From Octopus sinensis (taxonomy: Eukaryota), in NCBI RefSeq assembly GCF_006345805.1, contig NC_043000.1, positions 146,878,001-146,942,000 of the forward strand: 64,000 nucleotides of DNA, given 5' to 3'. Shown piece after piece: positions 35,340 through 48,843 of the stretch (positions are counted from its first letter, which is position 1; each line of letters opens with the position of its first letter). The position numbers and the translations under genes were made by a program. Below the pieces are notes generated by a model that saw nothing but the letters and a program-made list of their open reading frames with translations, was not told where the DNA came from and searched no databases.

Positions 35340-36960
35340 TGACTCAAAAGAAATATCTCTGTGAATTACTTTGCGCAAAAGACTACAATCTCTTGCTGAG
35401 TAGCTAAAACTTACAGAAAGATAAACCAGGTTAGTCAAATGTGGGAGCATGCGCCATTGCAGTACGTTGCTGCATTCACCATTTGTCGATATATTCCCGG
35501 GTCCTCCCAGCAATCCAATGAGCAGTGCCCCAGTCAGTCCACATTAGCGATTACTATGCAAACAGTACGTGAATGGGATGGGTAAGGCCGACTCACAGCC
35601 TCTACGCAGATTTCTAAGATTTGCATTTTCTTGTCAGATCTTGCCCGGACTCCCCTATATTTCAGCTCCCGAAGCAAATAATCAGGAGTTCTATCAAGTC
35701 TGCTTTGTAGTCGCGCTCCACCAACAACGAGGGTCTTCTGACCCGATTTTGGAACCCGATACATTTCCTAGCAGTCGACAATAGGGTGTTTCAGTAAGCT
35801 TCTCACATTCCCACTAAATCAGACGAGTAGTAAGCCCCAGATAACACAGATCCAAGTTGGTGCGAGTAGATCTTACTTACACTGTTGTCTTTAAGCCTGT
35901 CCGCATTCAATCTGAGAATGGTTGCCTTCAGTCTCATAGACTTCAGTTACAATCTCAACTCGGCCACAGCATGATTCTGGTCAGTGATCAAGAATCTAGC
36001 GCTCCGAAAAATCCTGCAGTTGTGTAGGCGTCTCAGACTGTCATCTACAAATCCGAGGTCAATTTCCTTTGCCACATGGCCAGTATTGGAATACCAAATC
36101 ACGCGATGCAGCTCAGGACGTTAGTATCATAAGACAGCAATGCGAAGTCCATGGCTTTTGGTAAAATCCAGGGACACGAGACTTTTAGCAAAGTGCAGGG
36201 ATACGAAAGGCTAACAGCGCTTTCGTATCCCGTTCTCTCAACCCTAGTTTATTAATTGAAATCTCCTATGACCAAGGACATGTTTCTGTTAAGGAATACT
36301 CTGCATGACAGAACACTCGCCGAACTGTCAATCTCCCAATCAGTCGGAGCATACACTGCAGCCAAGGAAGTAACACTAAGAGATTGTCGAATCCTCAGAC
36401 ACATAACATGGTCGTTGATAAAATATTACATCGAACATCATTGGAATCAGCCGGTCTGTCACTGCAACCGCTACCCCACTGGTATACCAGCCATCAGAGA
36501 ACCCAGGTCAGTGGGTGTAGTAACCGGTTGAGATGTCACTTCTTTTTGGCCGACGAAACTCTGATAAGGCTGCCACAGCAACTCGTAAATGGCTGGGTTC
36601 TAAATACATCAGAAGACGGGAATCATCCTTCAGAGAGAACATTCCAGATTCCTACCAAACAGGCATCCTCAGGTTGAACTTAGATTTGCTACTCTTTTGC
36701 ACTACTCAGGCGACAACTTTCCAACATATCCTGTCCTCTAGGTTTTTCCCCGTTCGGCGGATGGAAGTCCTGGCGGTTTTTCTCCACTTATCTCATCCAA
36801 CGTGTATTATGCAGTTGAGTTACTTCTCCCCGGAGGAAAGAATTTTTGGAGTGTGTACAAGAGGTTGTTACTGGTGGGGGTTTTACGAGGCTGGAGTGCA
36901 GAGGCTACATCAACCTCTTTTAGACGCCTTTACAACACACAGAGAAGACATGAGGTCTAT
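35340..36960 (-). mobile_element. RTE-clade LINE, 5' part (APE endonuclease to RT start), decayed
   Basis: GIWNVLSL, VAALSEFRRP, AVYAPT, VIGDFN, WYSNTGHVAKEID motifs of the AP endonuclease. Many stops. Confidence 0.85.
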
Positions 36961-37890
36961 TCTTTAGCATGCCAGTCTTCACACAGCATAAAGACACATC
37001 CTAACAGGATATATCCAGAAAGAAAAATCATTGGCGCCCAAATTAAAAGTAGATTACAAACAGAAATGTTTATCCATACACAAAGGATATATTATCTCTT
37101 GTAAGAAGATTAAGATAATTTTTTATCCTACAAACAATGTAAACTAATGAATTCTTATTAAAATTCCTTGAACATAGTTAATAGATATATCCTCAACTCC
37201 ATTGTCATACAGTTTAGAAACATCACGAAATAATAACGATCCATTTTACACAAAGTCTGAGAATTCGGTAAACATTCAACACCATTAGCGATACTAGCAC
37301 CAGTATAATAATGATGAACACAAAATCGCTCGGTTTTTATGAACACTCTTGTGTTGATAAGGAAAATTATGAACTCTTTGAAATCTCCATGGTATTCACT
37401 TTTCTGAGATGAACAACACTGTGACTTGTTGGTTTTAGAAATTCTTGAATAACGAGTAAACTCCGACGGTATAGGAATGCATATGGACGATAAGCTGGAA
37501 TAGCTTATCTCTCAGCGCAGGAATAGTTGTAACTTGAGAAAATTTAGATAAACATTAAGATGTATATTTAAGGAATTTAATTAAACAATTGCCATCAGTC
37601 CTAATATAAGGATTGTCAATATTTCAGAGATCATATTAGACCTGTCTAACGACAAGTGCTATCGTTACAGAAGTTGAAATTCAGTATCGCGCACATAAAT
37701 AAAAAACCCAACCATCCACTCGAAAGCACAAAAGAAAAATCTCAGTGACTGATACCAATAAATTATCCGACATTGATACAGTAAACGAAGCAGCATTCCG
37801 CAACTATAATGCATTAATAAAATTGGTTTCGATTAGAGATTAGAATATATGACTCAAAACCCTTATATACATACATATATATATACACAC

Positions 37891-37972
<82 letters not shown>

Positions 37973-38939
37973 ATATATACAGATTTTTAGTTTGGTATTG
38001 AATGTAGCATCCCACGTAATTAGTAATCTCTTATTATTAACAAATGAAGCACTTGCTCGCCTCCCATAAATATTCCAGCTCTTTAATAAGCATAATGTAA
38101 AAGATAGCTACAGCTACTTGAAAAGTATCGCATCTTAAATATACCACATCCAGAATCGTAGAACAAGAAAAAACCCAGTCCTATCGCCAGAAGTGATTTG
38201 CTGGAACATTACAACTTGTCCACTTAATGGTAGATGTCTCATTTATTCGCTTATACATTTGCAGATGGCACAGAAAATTATTATCTAGGTCTTATAAAGA
38301 ACACATTGAAGACCAGACGTACAGCACAGTCACTCCTTCAGATCGAGAGATCGAATATATTCCACCCCAAAAACTGTTTTACATTTGTATATAAAAGAGC
38401 ATTATTGAGACTGCAATCTCCTTGTCCAATTGGAGCAAAGACATGCAGCAGGTGTAATCGAGAAATGTAAATAAGGCATATTTCGAAATGGTAAATAATT
38501 AAAAAAAAAAACATATTTTTCTTGGGATAATAATAAACATAGCTAAATAGAAAGTGTGAAACCACTCCCACCACCAACGTAGCAATAATATCCCTCGGCA
38601 TAATACTTACACTTGATCGCTCCAACTACCAATCCCCACAAAGTAATTATTTTTTCGTTCCACTGGGGTAAGTCGATAATAACAACAGAGCAAGTACCAT
38701 TACAAGCAATTGCTTTCAAACATACTCTGTTCTGCATCACAACCCAAACCTTAACTATTATCACGTGACAAAAGCTGACCACTAAAAATAGAACAGAATA
38801 GTACAAGTCTTATTCTCCAATTTGTTTAACGATTACCACTACCTCCAGGCCAAGTTCATATATTTATTTTCCGTTGAAAAATCATTTATGGAATATCGCA
38901 TCAGCTTCACATATGTGCACAAACACGCGGGCTCGTATG

Positions 38940-38940
<1 letters not shown>

Positions 38941-38979
<39 letters not shown>

Positions 38980-38981
38980 TT

Positions 38982-39012
<31 letters not shown>

Positions 39013-39023
39013 TTATGTGTGTG

Positions 39024-39054
<31 letters not shown>

Positions 39055-39425
39055 ATGTGTTTATGTGGGCGTTTGTGTTTGTGTGTGTGTTTGTGTGTGT
39101 GTGTTTATGTGTGTGTGTGTTTGTGTGTGCGTTTGTGTGTGTATGTGTGTGTGTGTTTGTGTGTGTGTTTGTGTGTGTGTATTTGTGTGTTTGTTTGTGT
39201 GTGTGTGTTTGTGTGTGTCTTCGTGTGTGTGTTTGTGTGTGTGTTTGTGTGTGTGTGTTTGTGTGTGTGTGTGTTTGTGTGTGTGTTTGCGTGTGTGTTT
39301 GTGTGTGTGTGTTTGTGTGTGTGGTGTTTGTGTGTGTGTTTGCGTGTGTGTGTGTGTTTGTGTATGTGTGTGTGTGTGTATGCTGTATGCATGTATGTGT
39401 ATATGTGTGCAAATGTGTTTGTGAG
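38941..39425. repeat. Long degenerate (TG)n array
   Basis: Direct read; it explains the VC/TH ORFs. Confidence 0.95.
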
Positions 39426-40066
39426 TATGTACGCATGAATATTAAATCAGACGTCAAGTAATCGGTGTGAGAGATAAAATAGATTTTGTGGAATATCTTT
39501 TCTTACTCAACGACATTTTAAAGAACGCCTTAATATTTTGATTCAACACACCCTTTCACCTTCTTTGCTGAAAAAGGACTTCACTAGTGTGATAAGATAT
39601 TACTCCTATTTATTTTACATTATCTTCCAGTTATATTAACAGGTAACAAGTAATTTTTTAATTTTAATTTTAATTCTCGTAATTGAATTATCTGTAATAT
39701 TTTAAAGGGCGAAGTTTCTGCATCGAATTCTGCAAGGTTGGCAGATACAATCTGAAATTTCAGAAAAATCCTCAGATATAAAGAATTTTCCCGTTTAGTT
39801 TTTCGTTTTGTTTCATATCTAATAAATGGTATGAAATTTCATCTCACCTTTGCGATATCCCATTCTATATCATTCTCACTTTCCCTCACTCATACTCTTT
39901 CTCTCTCAAGAATCTTATATATTTAAATACTCCACATGAATTTTCTTAATAATTCGCCCTCACACTGACAAACAAGCATACACGCCATTCAGTCATCTAT
40001 ATAAAAGTATACACACACACGCACAAACACGTACATGTACATGCATGTGTATGTATAAACATATAT

Positions 40067-40100
<34 letters not shown>

Positions 40101-40185
40101 ATATATATATATATATATTATATATTATATATATATATTATATATATATATATAATAAATTAATAAGTAAAACACATGCATATAT

Positions 40186-40520
40186 ACATACATATATGTA
40201 CGTACCTACCTCTACATGTATATATACATGCATATATGGGTACAGAACACCAAAAAAAACGTCGAACACAATGAGAAACGAAAACAAACACAAAACCAAG
40301 GAAATGGACATTTCTTTTAAACAACGAAAAAATAGAGTACAGGACATACAAAACAAGGAAAATTCTTCAGTCGCCTTAGTTTCATCTACTCCACGTTTCG
40401 AATGTCAAGGCGATACATGACATCGATAAAACTTTCCTTCCCGCGTAAATCAAATTAAATAAAATTTGAGACTTTTTGCGAAGGGGTAAAAATGGTAATA
40501 GTAAGACCGAGCAGTTTTCT
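40186..40520 (-). mobile_element. Probable PLE-like 3' end (different family)
   Basis: Abuts (TA)n, T-rich terminus on the minus strand, contains CGAAACGT. No intact HHR core. Confidence 0.4.
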
Positions 40521-40670
40521 TCGCAAAAACGTCCGCCTATCGTTCCAAATTCCATTCCAGTACGAACACCTTCAGCAAATGCCTTACTCTAGTATTTCAA
40601 AATGAACAATAACATGATGTGAGTAGAATACAAAATACACACACACACATACATGCATAAACACGCACAT

Positions 40671-40707
<37 letters not shown>

Positions 40708-40708
40708 C

Positions 40709-40990
40709 TGGTACTCCGTCGGTTGCGACGAAGAGGGTTCACGTTCATTTGATCAACAGAACAGCCAGCTCGTGCAAGTAACTAGGGACTCGAGAGACAC
40801 GCGTATCCTTCACGAAACTCTCAGAGAGATTCAGCGTGACACAGAATGAGACTTGGCTTGCTCATTGAACTACAGGTACAAAATATTTTTGCTAGTCGAG
40901 TTGATTGGCGCAAAGTGAAAATCCAGGATACTATGCATCGCAAGGAATCGAACTCATAACGTTACCAACGAGAACAGGATACACTAACCA
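40709..40990 (-). mobile_element. tRNA-derived SINE, family D (diverged)
   Basis: Reverse complement of the 60436-60766 family (…CGTCGTAACCGACGGAGTGCCA end). Confidence 0.75.
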
Positions 40991-40994
40991 TGTA

Positions 40995-41162
40995 TTGAAT
41001 ATCGCGGATTTTTCTCGCTAATATATGCAAACTTATATCGAGGACTCCTCAGTAAATCGCGGGTTACTGCGTCCGATAGGAATTTGTATTATTTTTAGAT
41101 TTTAATTATTTCTGTGGCGGGTTTTGGAACGTAACACCCGCGATAGTCGAGGGATTACTGTA
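40995..41162. mobile_element. pogo/Tigger-like MITE terminal fragment
   Basis: Ends in CCCGCGATAGTCGAGGGATTACTG|TA (CAGTAATCCCTCG terminus plus TA). Confidence 0.5.
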
Positions 41163-41167
41163 TGTAC

Positions 41168-41255
<88 letters not shown>

Positions 41256-41489
41256 TGTATATTTTCCCCTTGTTAACAATTAACACGGAAATATAGATAG
41301 TTACCAGATAGCAAAAAATCACACAAGTCGGAAGTAAAAGAATTTGAATAACACCTGCGTTTAACTCCATATATATGTGCGTGTGTGTGCGTGTGTGTGT
41401 GTGTGTGGGTGTGTAAGCGTGTGTGTGTGTATGTATCCAGGCATACATATAGATATACACGCATACACATACACATACAAAATAAATAA

Positions 41490-41520
<31 letters not shown>

Positions 41521-41844
41521 ATAATAAATATTAGGGAATAAATCCAAATTTACAGGGAAAAAATCAGATTTAGGATTAAATCGATTTTATAGTAAAATAT
41601 TATAAAATATTATTCGAGACAAAACCACTATTTTGCAAAACAAACAAGGAAAGACTTAATCAATACATAAAATTTTAATAAATAGTCAAAAAAACCGCCA
41701 CTACAATCGTTTCTTGTCTTGATCGACAATCTTCAGGTGGACTTCCAATAATTCAGTGGCGGTTCTTTTGAATATTTACTAAAATTTTATGTATTGATTA
41801 AGTCTTTCCTTGTTTGTTTTGCAAAATAGTGGTTTTGTCTCTAA

Positions 41845-42075
<231 letters not shown>

Positions 42076-42416
42076 TTCGTACTTACGGGTTTGCGTGTGT
42101 GTGTCTGTGTGCGTATACCTTCGGGCAGGTTGATTTTCAACACTTTTGTTGTTGACGACTTTGGACTAATCGGGATAGTGAGGGCTTAATATGATAACAA
42201 CTGACAAAAATACAATCCATCTCCCTAGCTTTAACCGTTTGGGGAGGAAACTTTCAAGAAACTCCAAAATACTGTAGCCAAAGCACATTTGCCTTTTCCC
42301 TATTTTCGGTCGATAAAAACGTGTTATTGTCATTTGACAAATCCACAAAAATATTGCATCTTTATTGAACACGATTAAAAACATGTACAAACTCTATAGA
42401 ATCAAATAAGACAAAT

Positions 42417-45400
42417 TTAAATACCAAATTCATCATAATTTTCACTATAAGAGCCCTTAGAAGTAAAGGATGGCCTCATACGGCGGCTTAGGGCTTTGGC
42501 CAGAATGTGTTTGTGCCTTTATTCGAGGCCATTAAGAGTACAGGAAGGTTCAGATATCAACTTCACTGCCCTTTCAACACTGAGAATGTGAAGGCAAAAC
42601 AGGCAGCTCCAGTCTGTTGCTATTCAGAAATGCTTCTTTAAGTTCCTGGTCAGAAAAGTCTTCTGTGGTAGCAGGTTCACAGATCCCACTTTGAGAAATG
42701 TTAACTAAAGCTGACCAGTGCGTCAGTGCTCATGTCTGTGATTCTCCTCAGCCTCCTCTTGGCTGGCTTCCCACTTCTGAAAGAATAATAATAAATTTAT
42801 AAATAATAATAAATAAATAATAATTTATAAATAATAATAAATAATAATAAATTTTTATTTCATTATATAATTGGTGCTCTCATGGCCGAGTGGATAAGCC
42901 GCTGGATTTCCACGCCTTGGTCTAGGCTTCGGTCCTCAACAAGAGCGGACGCAAAATAAAAATGTTGGTGCAGGTAGGGAACACTCGTCAGACGTTTGGG
43001 GTACCGAAATTTTCCCATGTGCAAGGTACTCTGTACTCAGCACACAGAACACAGCCACTTACAATTTACTATCTTCCTTCCCTCATATGTCTTCACACTC
43101 ACAACGCATTAAGCTTCCATCTCTCGAAGCCCGTCTAAGGAGTTTCAATCCACTACACCACAATGCAGCTGGTGGCAAAAACATATTTACGCGATTTCTC
43201 CTGCCTCTTCCACAGGTTAAGTAAAAGCCTGATGGAGCCTTAAGAAAGTGAAAAGTGACTCTAAACACTAACCTCACTTTAAAATTCAATTCCTATTAGT
43301 GTCAACATTTCTTATTTTAAATTAAACCTTAATTATAATAGCATTTCGTTAAATTCTCACAATTGAATTTTTTTTTTACATTTTAAAATTTATAAATACT
43401 TACCTGATGGAGATCATTTTCTTGAGAGCAGCTTCTCTCACTTCCAAGACATCAGACTTCGTCATCGAGTACAGCACATTCTCGGGCAACATTGTACTTC
43501 AGGTTCCTTGAAGCATCATCTTGGATTTGATTTCCTTTGACTGCTACTTCATCCTCTTTATGATGTTGAAGATGTACAGCTGCTGATTGTGGAACTTGCT
43601 GTCCCTTTTGATCTCAACCCAACTGACTGGATACACTTCCACAATGGAAGTAAAGCTTACCACGCAGTTCTGGTCCACAAGCACATCAATCTAATTGCCA
43701 AAGTCAACCATCTTCCATGATTTAATGGACCGATTTTCCAGGCAGCAAACCTTGAGTTGACATTACCCCTGGAAATTCCTAACACAAGCTCTAAAGTAAG
43801 CCTCTGATCACTTCTGAGATTATTCAGTGTCACCACATGAAATTCCATGTTATCCAGGAGGCCATTGAGATTGGTGAATTCCACTTGCGGCTGATCTTGG
43901 TAATCAATTTCATAGAGTTTTCCCAATGGACCACCGAAAGTAGTGGGAGATTTGGTACTACCATAAAGATCTTTAAAAAAAGCTCTAAAAGGAAGCTCAT
44001 TCTGATGGAGTGAACAGCCAATGCTGTGCAATTTCCGCTGAATTTTATTTTCTTAACATGTTACAAGGCCGCCCTCCCAGCCAGTGTTTGCGTTTGTATT
44101 GTCAAAGAAGAGGACAGCTATCAAGGTATGGACACTGTTAAACTCTTCCAAGACACTAACAAATTCCTCACGAAGTAGAACACCAATCGCACCTTTAAAC
44201 AGGATAACTGTGAGTAAGATTAAGATATGTTCCACATTCAGTTCCCAGCTTCTTTGTGAAAGTCAAATGGTGTTCATGTTCTCTTCCTTTCTTCGGCTTC
44301 ATCTCCCCATTTTCATCCGTAACTTCTTGGTACACCGAAGTTTCCTTGTCGAATTTCCCATCAGCTCCAATCCAAACTAACTTTGCCAGCTTCATTTTGT
44401 GCTTTTCATTGCTTTTCACTTTCATTGTCTTTTTCTCTGTGCAATTTCGATTTATCAGCTATTATGTTTTTCACATCAAGGCCAGACTTAAGCAGGTCCA
44501 TAGCTTGTAAGTCAAGGAAAAGGGCATTTGCAAAACTGGCCCCAAGACTGGAAGATACATCACTCCTGATCAATTCCATGGCATATCTGGGGTGTTTTAA
44601 AAGTCGTAAGCTCCACTTGGGTACCTTCTTAGCTTGAACTCGTCATCTCCCGACCTGGATCCCAAGGAAATCTTGTGAGGATGTGGAGGCAAGTGCGGCC
44701 AAATCCACTTTCTGCTATTATTAAATCTGTCTCTGTAATCTCTCTGCCTTACCTACAACTCTCTGCTTTATCCACAGACCCGACCTGGAAAGAGCTCTTG
44801 GATCCTATTTTGGCTTTCTGATCTCTTAAGTATTCTCTATCCTTTACTGGAACCTGAAATATCAAAGTATATTGAAGAGCGGATTTAGAGTAAGAGATAA
44901 AATCATAAAAGAATTAAAGATCATTTTTTTAAAGCAGAGGGGAACGGTAGATTACAGGCGGAAATGCAAATATTTTCAAATTACATTCATGGGATATTCT
45001 TCTATTTGAAAAACAACTAATCGAGCTTAGTAAGATTAGATAAAAGCTAACAAAATAGCTTTACCGTCTTTCTGGGAGAACACGTGCAGATTATGTGCTG
45101 AGCTTGACAATTTTCTTTCTTGCTCTTCACAGCATTGTCATCACAAGGACGAACAGGTGCAAGCAGAAATGTCAAAAACTCTATTCAGCTTTTTCTTCAT
45201 ATTCTGCTCTTTGACTGTGGAAAAAGATTTGCGGTTTATCTCTTTAGCTTTCTTGATGCACCCTTTATCCACCAATTTCATTACATAATATTCCTCATAC
45301 AGGGGCAGCCTACCAGATCCCAATTACATCCTTTGCTATTATTTTGGAAATATCATAATCTTCAAGTCCTGGCTGTTTTGGAGGAAATAACTATACTGAA

Positions 45401-45512
45401 CAACTTGGCGGAGGGTAGGAGGCTCTGTTCTATCTGAAGGGGAAGGCTGACCGCCGAACTTTTTGGCAGTTTCACTTCGAGTTGATACCGCAGACTTTCT
45501 TTTTCTTCCCAT
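42417..45512 (-). pseudogene. Transposase pseudogene with two GT-AG introns (44854-45064, 42777-43403)
   Basis: Motifs VFDISACTC, VPVKDREYLRDQK, FDNTNANTG, CSLHQNELPFR, GPLNHGRWLTLAIR, PENVLYSM, EPATT..SDQEL, LPSHSQ, RPSFTSKG. ATG at 45512, TAA at 42419-42417, AATAAA at 42366-42361. Frameshifts and stops present. Confidence 0.85.
42872..42955 (+). mobile_element. tRNA-like SINE head inside the transposase intron
   Basis: TGGCCGAGTGGATAAG A-box-like motif. Confidence 0.45.
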
Positions 45513-46601
45513 TTTTATGAAATATCTGAAAAGAATTTAATTTAATAAGCATTTGATAGGCAAATATCATTAAAGAGTACAAAATAATACATCAATAGAT
45601 ATCTATAAAGTATTTAAACAAGTTCCAAGTATTGTTTTGTAAACAACGACAAATTTTTATTTTTATTTTGATTAAATTAGATCCAATGGTTGACTTTTTA
45701 TGCATAAGTTATACAATTTTACAACTTAAAAATAACTGAGAATTCTCAAAACATACCATCATTTTCATAAATAAGAGTTAATGCAACGTTTTCTATATAT
45801 TAATACCTTTCTATCTAGACTAGTCCAAGATTACAGTTCCAAAATCGACCTACCCTAATGCCTCTGTGTGTATGTGGGGTGTGTCTTCCTCCTTTTAGTT
45901 TACAGTTAATTTTGGCCGGCCACCTACTTGGTGGCAAGGTTCTGAAGGAAAGCATCTTCTCTTGCTCGCTTTTTCTTAAGCTTAAGTAAGTTTTGTAGGT
46001 TTATATTGTCCTAGCTATTGGACTATTTGTAGTGTATGAAATAGGGAGTTATATTCTGTTTTCAAGAACTTATATTCAATTATAATTTGCTCCAGGCAAG
46101 TTGGTAATACCCTGTTGGTCCAATAATAATAGATATGCTATTGGAAGTCTCTTGGGTAGTCGATTTGCGAACTCATTATCAATGGTCCATAAAAGCTTTC
46201 TTTCTCCACCGTTTTCCTTACCATCTAGATAGCCAGAGGACAGCTGATTTCTACAACAGACTATATTTTCTTCTTGAAGCCTCACAAGACTATATCTGGC
46301 CAGTTGTGCGTTAGCTAGCTAGTTGTTTTGAATTTCAAGTTCCACCAAATATATATATTTGTGCTATGTATATACGTACGTACATGTAGCCAGTGTTTGC
46401 ATTATATATGTGCGAATGTCTTGTTTCCGTAGCAGGATTCTTGTTTACGCCTAAAGCTGGTGTTTATACTGTTTTATTTCCTGTATAATAAGCACTTCGG
46501 CAATTTGTGATGAATAGACTAAGCACATGATTGAAATAAGTACCAGGGCTGAAATTATCAGCTAAATTCAGGAATAATTTACCCCAACCTGGAAATAGTA
46601 A

Positions 46602-47419
46602 GTTGTGGCTGTCTGTAGATCTATTCCTCTTCTGCAATTTTTGTTTATCGTTTTTGACATTTAAATAAATTTTATCCCTTTTCCGTCATACGACGATGGA
46701 CTGCCAAGTAAAAAAACAAATTAATATTTTCGACCCCTGTTTCTCTTCGCTTTTATTGAAGGTTCCCAAGATACCAAGGAGCTCGAGTCATTTGTGTTGT
46801 TTATGCTGTTTACGGAAAAGGAGTTATTAATGAAGGAACTGTATAGAAATGGTTTTTATGCTTCAAGGACGGAAGAGTAATTCACATATTCTCTGCATTT
46901 CGGCCGACTTGTTCAGTTGAATGAGGATTGATTGACCGAGGTCATTCACAAGGATCCGTGCAAATCCACAAAGAAACTTGGCCTAGAAGATGGGATGATC
47001 TTATGATACCGTTGCCCGTCACCTTCGTTCGATGAGTAAGGACCAAAACTCTAAACATAAAAAAAACAACGCTAATTTGACTAAATCTGCTATTCAAAAG
47101 CTCAGTTCAGAAGTTCTACCGAAATAAGTGTATTTTCCTGATATAGCGCCTTGAGATATTTCCCATTCTCAGTCGCTCTTCGACTGTCTGCGTAGCGTTT
47201 TATTCAGCAACGTCGAGGTTCTGAGAAGTAGCTTGACAAATTCTTCGAGTGAAGACCCGGTGATTTTTACCGCCAAGGCAATGAGAGAGAAGTGGAACGT
47301 TCGCAAGTCGTGAACAATGAAAGACAATAAATCATTAACTACTTTGTTAGAATCGTTGATGAAAAGTAGACATTAAAATAAATGGGGAAAAACGAACGAA
47401 TTTATCTGACAGCACAATA
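46602..47419 (+). mobile_element. Mariner transposon relic, internally deleted
   Basis: MDCQVKK...FR.LFLFAF N-terminus (ATG 46696), EVIHKDPCKSTKKLG HTH, YFPDIAP (YSPDLAP-like) C-terminus, degenerate TIR ending ...GACAGCACAATA. Confidence 0.8.
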
Positions 47420-48494
47420 AAACAATTATTTATATCGCGAGTGGATTTTATATAAATTGACCAGTGACAGACAAAGTAACAAGGTGGTCAACGGGATATA
47501 ATAACTGTCTAAGAAGGTGGTAGTGAGAAATATCTTCAGCAAGATGCTCTACTGGTCATTACAAGAATTTGGAATCCTGAAACCACAACAGATATAGATA
47601 CACATACAAACACATACATTCACACACAGGCAGACATTACATATAGGTATATATATATATATATATATATATGCATGTGCGTGTGTGTAGACAGATAGAT
47701 AAATAGATAGATATATGTATGTATGTATATATATATGTATGTGTGTATATATATATATATGTGTGTGCGTGTGTGTGTGCGTGTGTGTGTGTGTGAAACA
47801 GTGTATTTCTCCCTTCGCTTCATCTCTATTACTTTATTTATTCTAGATAAGCCATACTTTATTTCTATTAACCATCTTTTTCTATTTATATTTCATATAT
47901 TATTTAGTATTTAATCTTTTCTTTTGTAGCTAAAATAGTTTTTTCCCTTGTATCGGTGGTTCAGTTTAGTCGATATGCAAATGTTGATTTGAGTTAATTC
48001 ATGCGTACCTGCGCCTGGACGTGCGTGCCTATTTTATAGAAATCGTTTCCCAAATACTTTAAACGGGTGCACCAATCAGAATCGAATTTACATCTAGTAA
48101 TGTGGTAACTTTATCCTCTGTGTGTGAGTGCCTGTATGTGTGTAGTGTACGTGCGTGTGTATGTGCAAGTGTGTCTGTGCCTGAATTTGTATGTGTCTGT
48201 GTGTTTTGCTGGGGAATGTCTTTAAGATTTATGTATATGTGTAAATATGCATATATGCATGTATGTAAAATGAATGTATTTTGTGTCTCCTATTTTTTCT
48301 TTACTTCTTACAATCTGAATGCCTTCAAAATAAAATGAATGTTGCCTTGCTAACCTTTGGCTGTGTTTCAGCAATATATTTCTATCATACACAAACATAC
48401 ATGCCCGCATACAGCAATATAGATATACGCACTCAAACTCATACATCTACACTCAAACACACATATTAGTTTTTATGTTATCTGTTGCTGTACA

Positions 48495-48843
48495 TATGTA
48501 TGTATGTATCTATATATGTATGTATGAATGAATGTATGTATGTATGTATGTGTGTATGTATGTATGTATGTATGTATGTATGTATGTATGTATGTATGTG
48601 TGTATGTATGTATGTATGTATTTATGTATGTATGTATGTATGCCTGTATTATGTATGTATGTATGTATGTACGTATGTATGTATGTATGTATGTATGCCT
48701 GTATTATGTATGTATGTATGTATGTATGCCTGTATTATGTATGTATGTATGTATGTATGTATGTATGTATGTATGCCTGTATTATGTATGTATGTATGTA
48801 TGTATGTATGTATGTATGTATGTATGTATGTATGTATGTATGT
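48495..48843. repeat. (TATG)n with recurring CCTGTAT interruptions
   Basis: GTATGCCTGTATTATG recurs four times inside the array. Confidence 0.95.

Larger units (their letters stand above)
42121..45857 (-). mobile_element. hAT-superfamily-like (hATm-type) DNA transposon, 3.7 kb, with TIRs
   Basis: TIRs TCGGGCAGGTTGATTTT (42121) and TAGGGTAGGTCGATTTT (rc, 45857), 14/17 identical. A second subterminal inverted block at 42161-42192 / 45797-45828. Encloses a transposase pseudogene. Confidence 0.8.

Noticed and set aside
37150-37500. CACTA-like transposase fragment (PSEFTRYSR)
   Set aside because: Only one short motif; insufficient support.
40385-40450. Hammerhead in the 40.2-40.5 kb end
   Set aside because: The GAAACGU is followed by G17 and no core motif precedes the hairpin.
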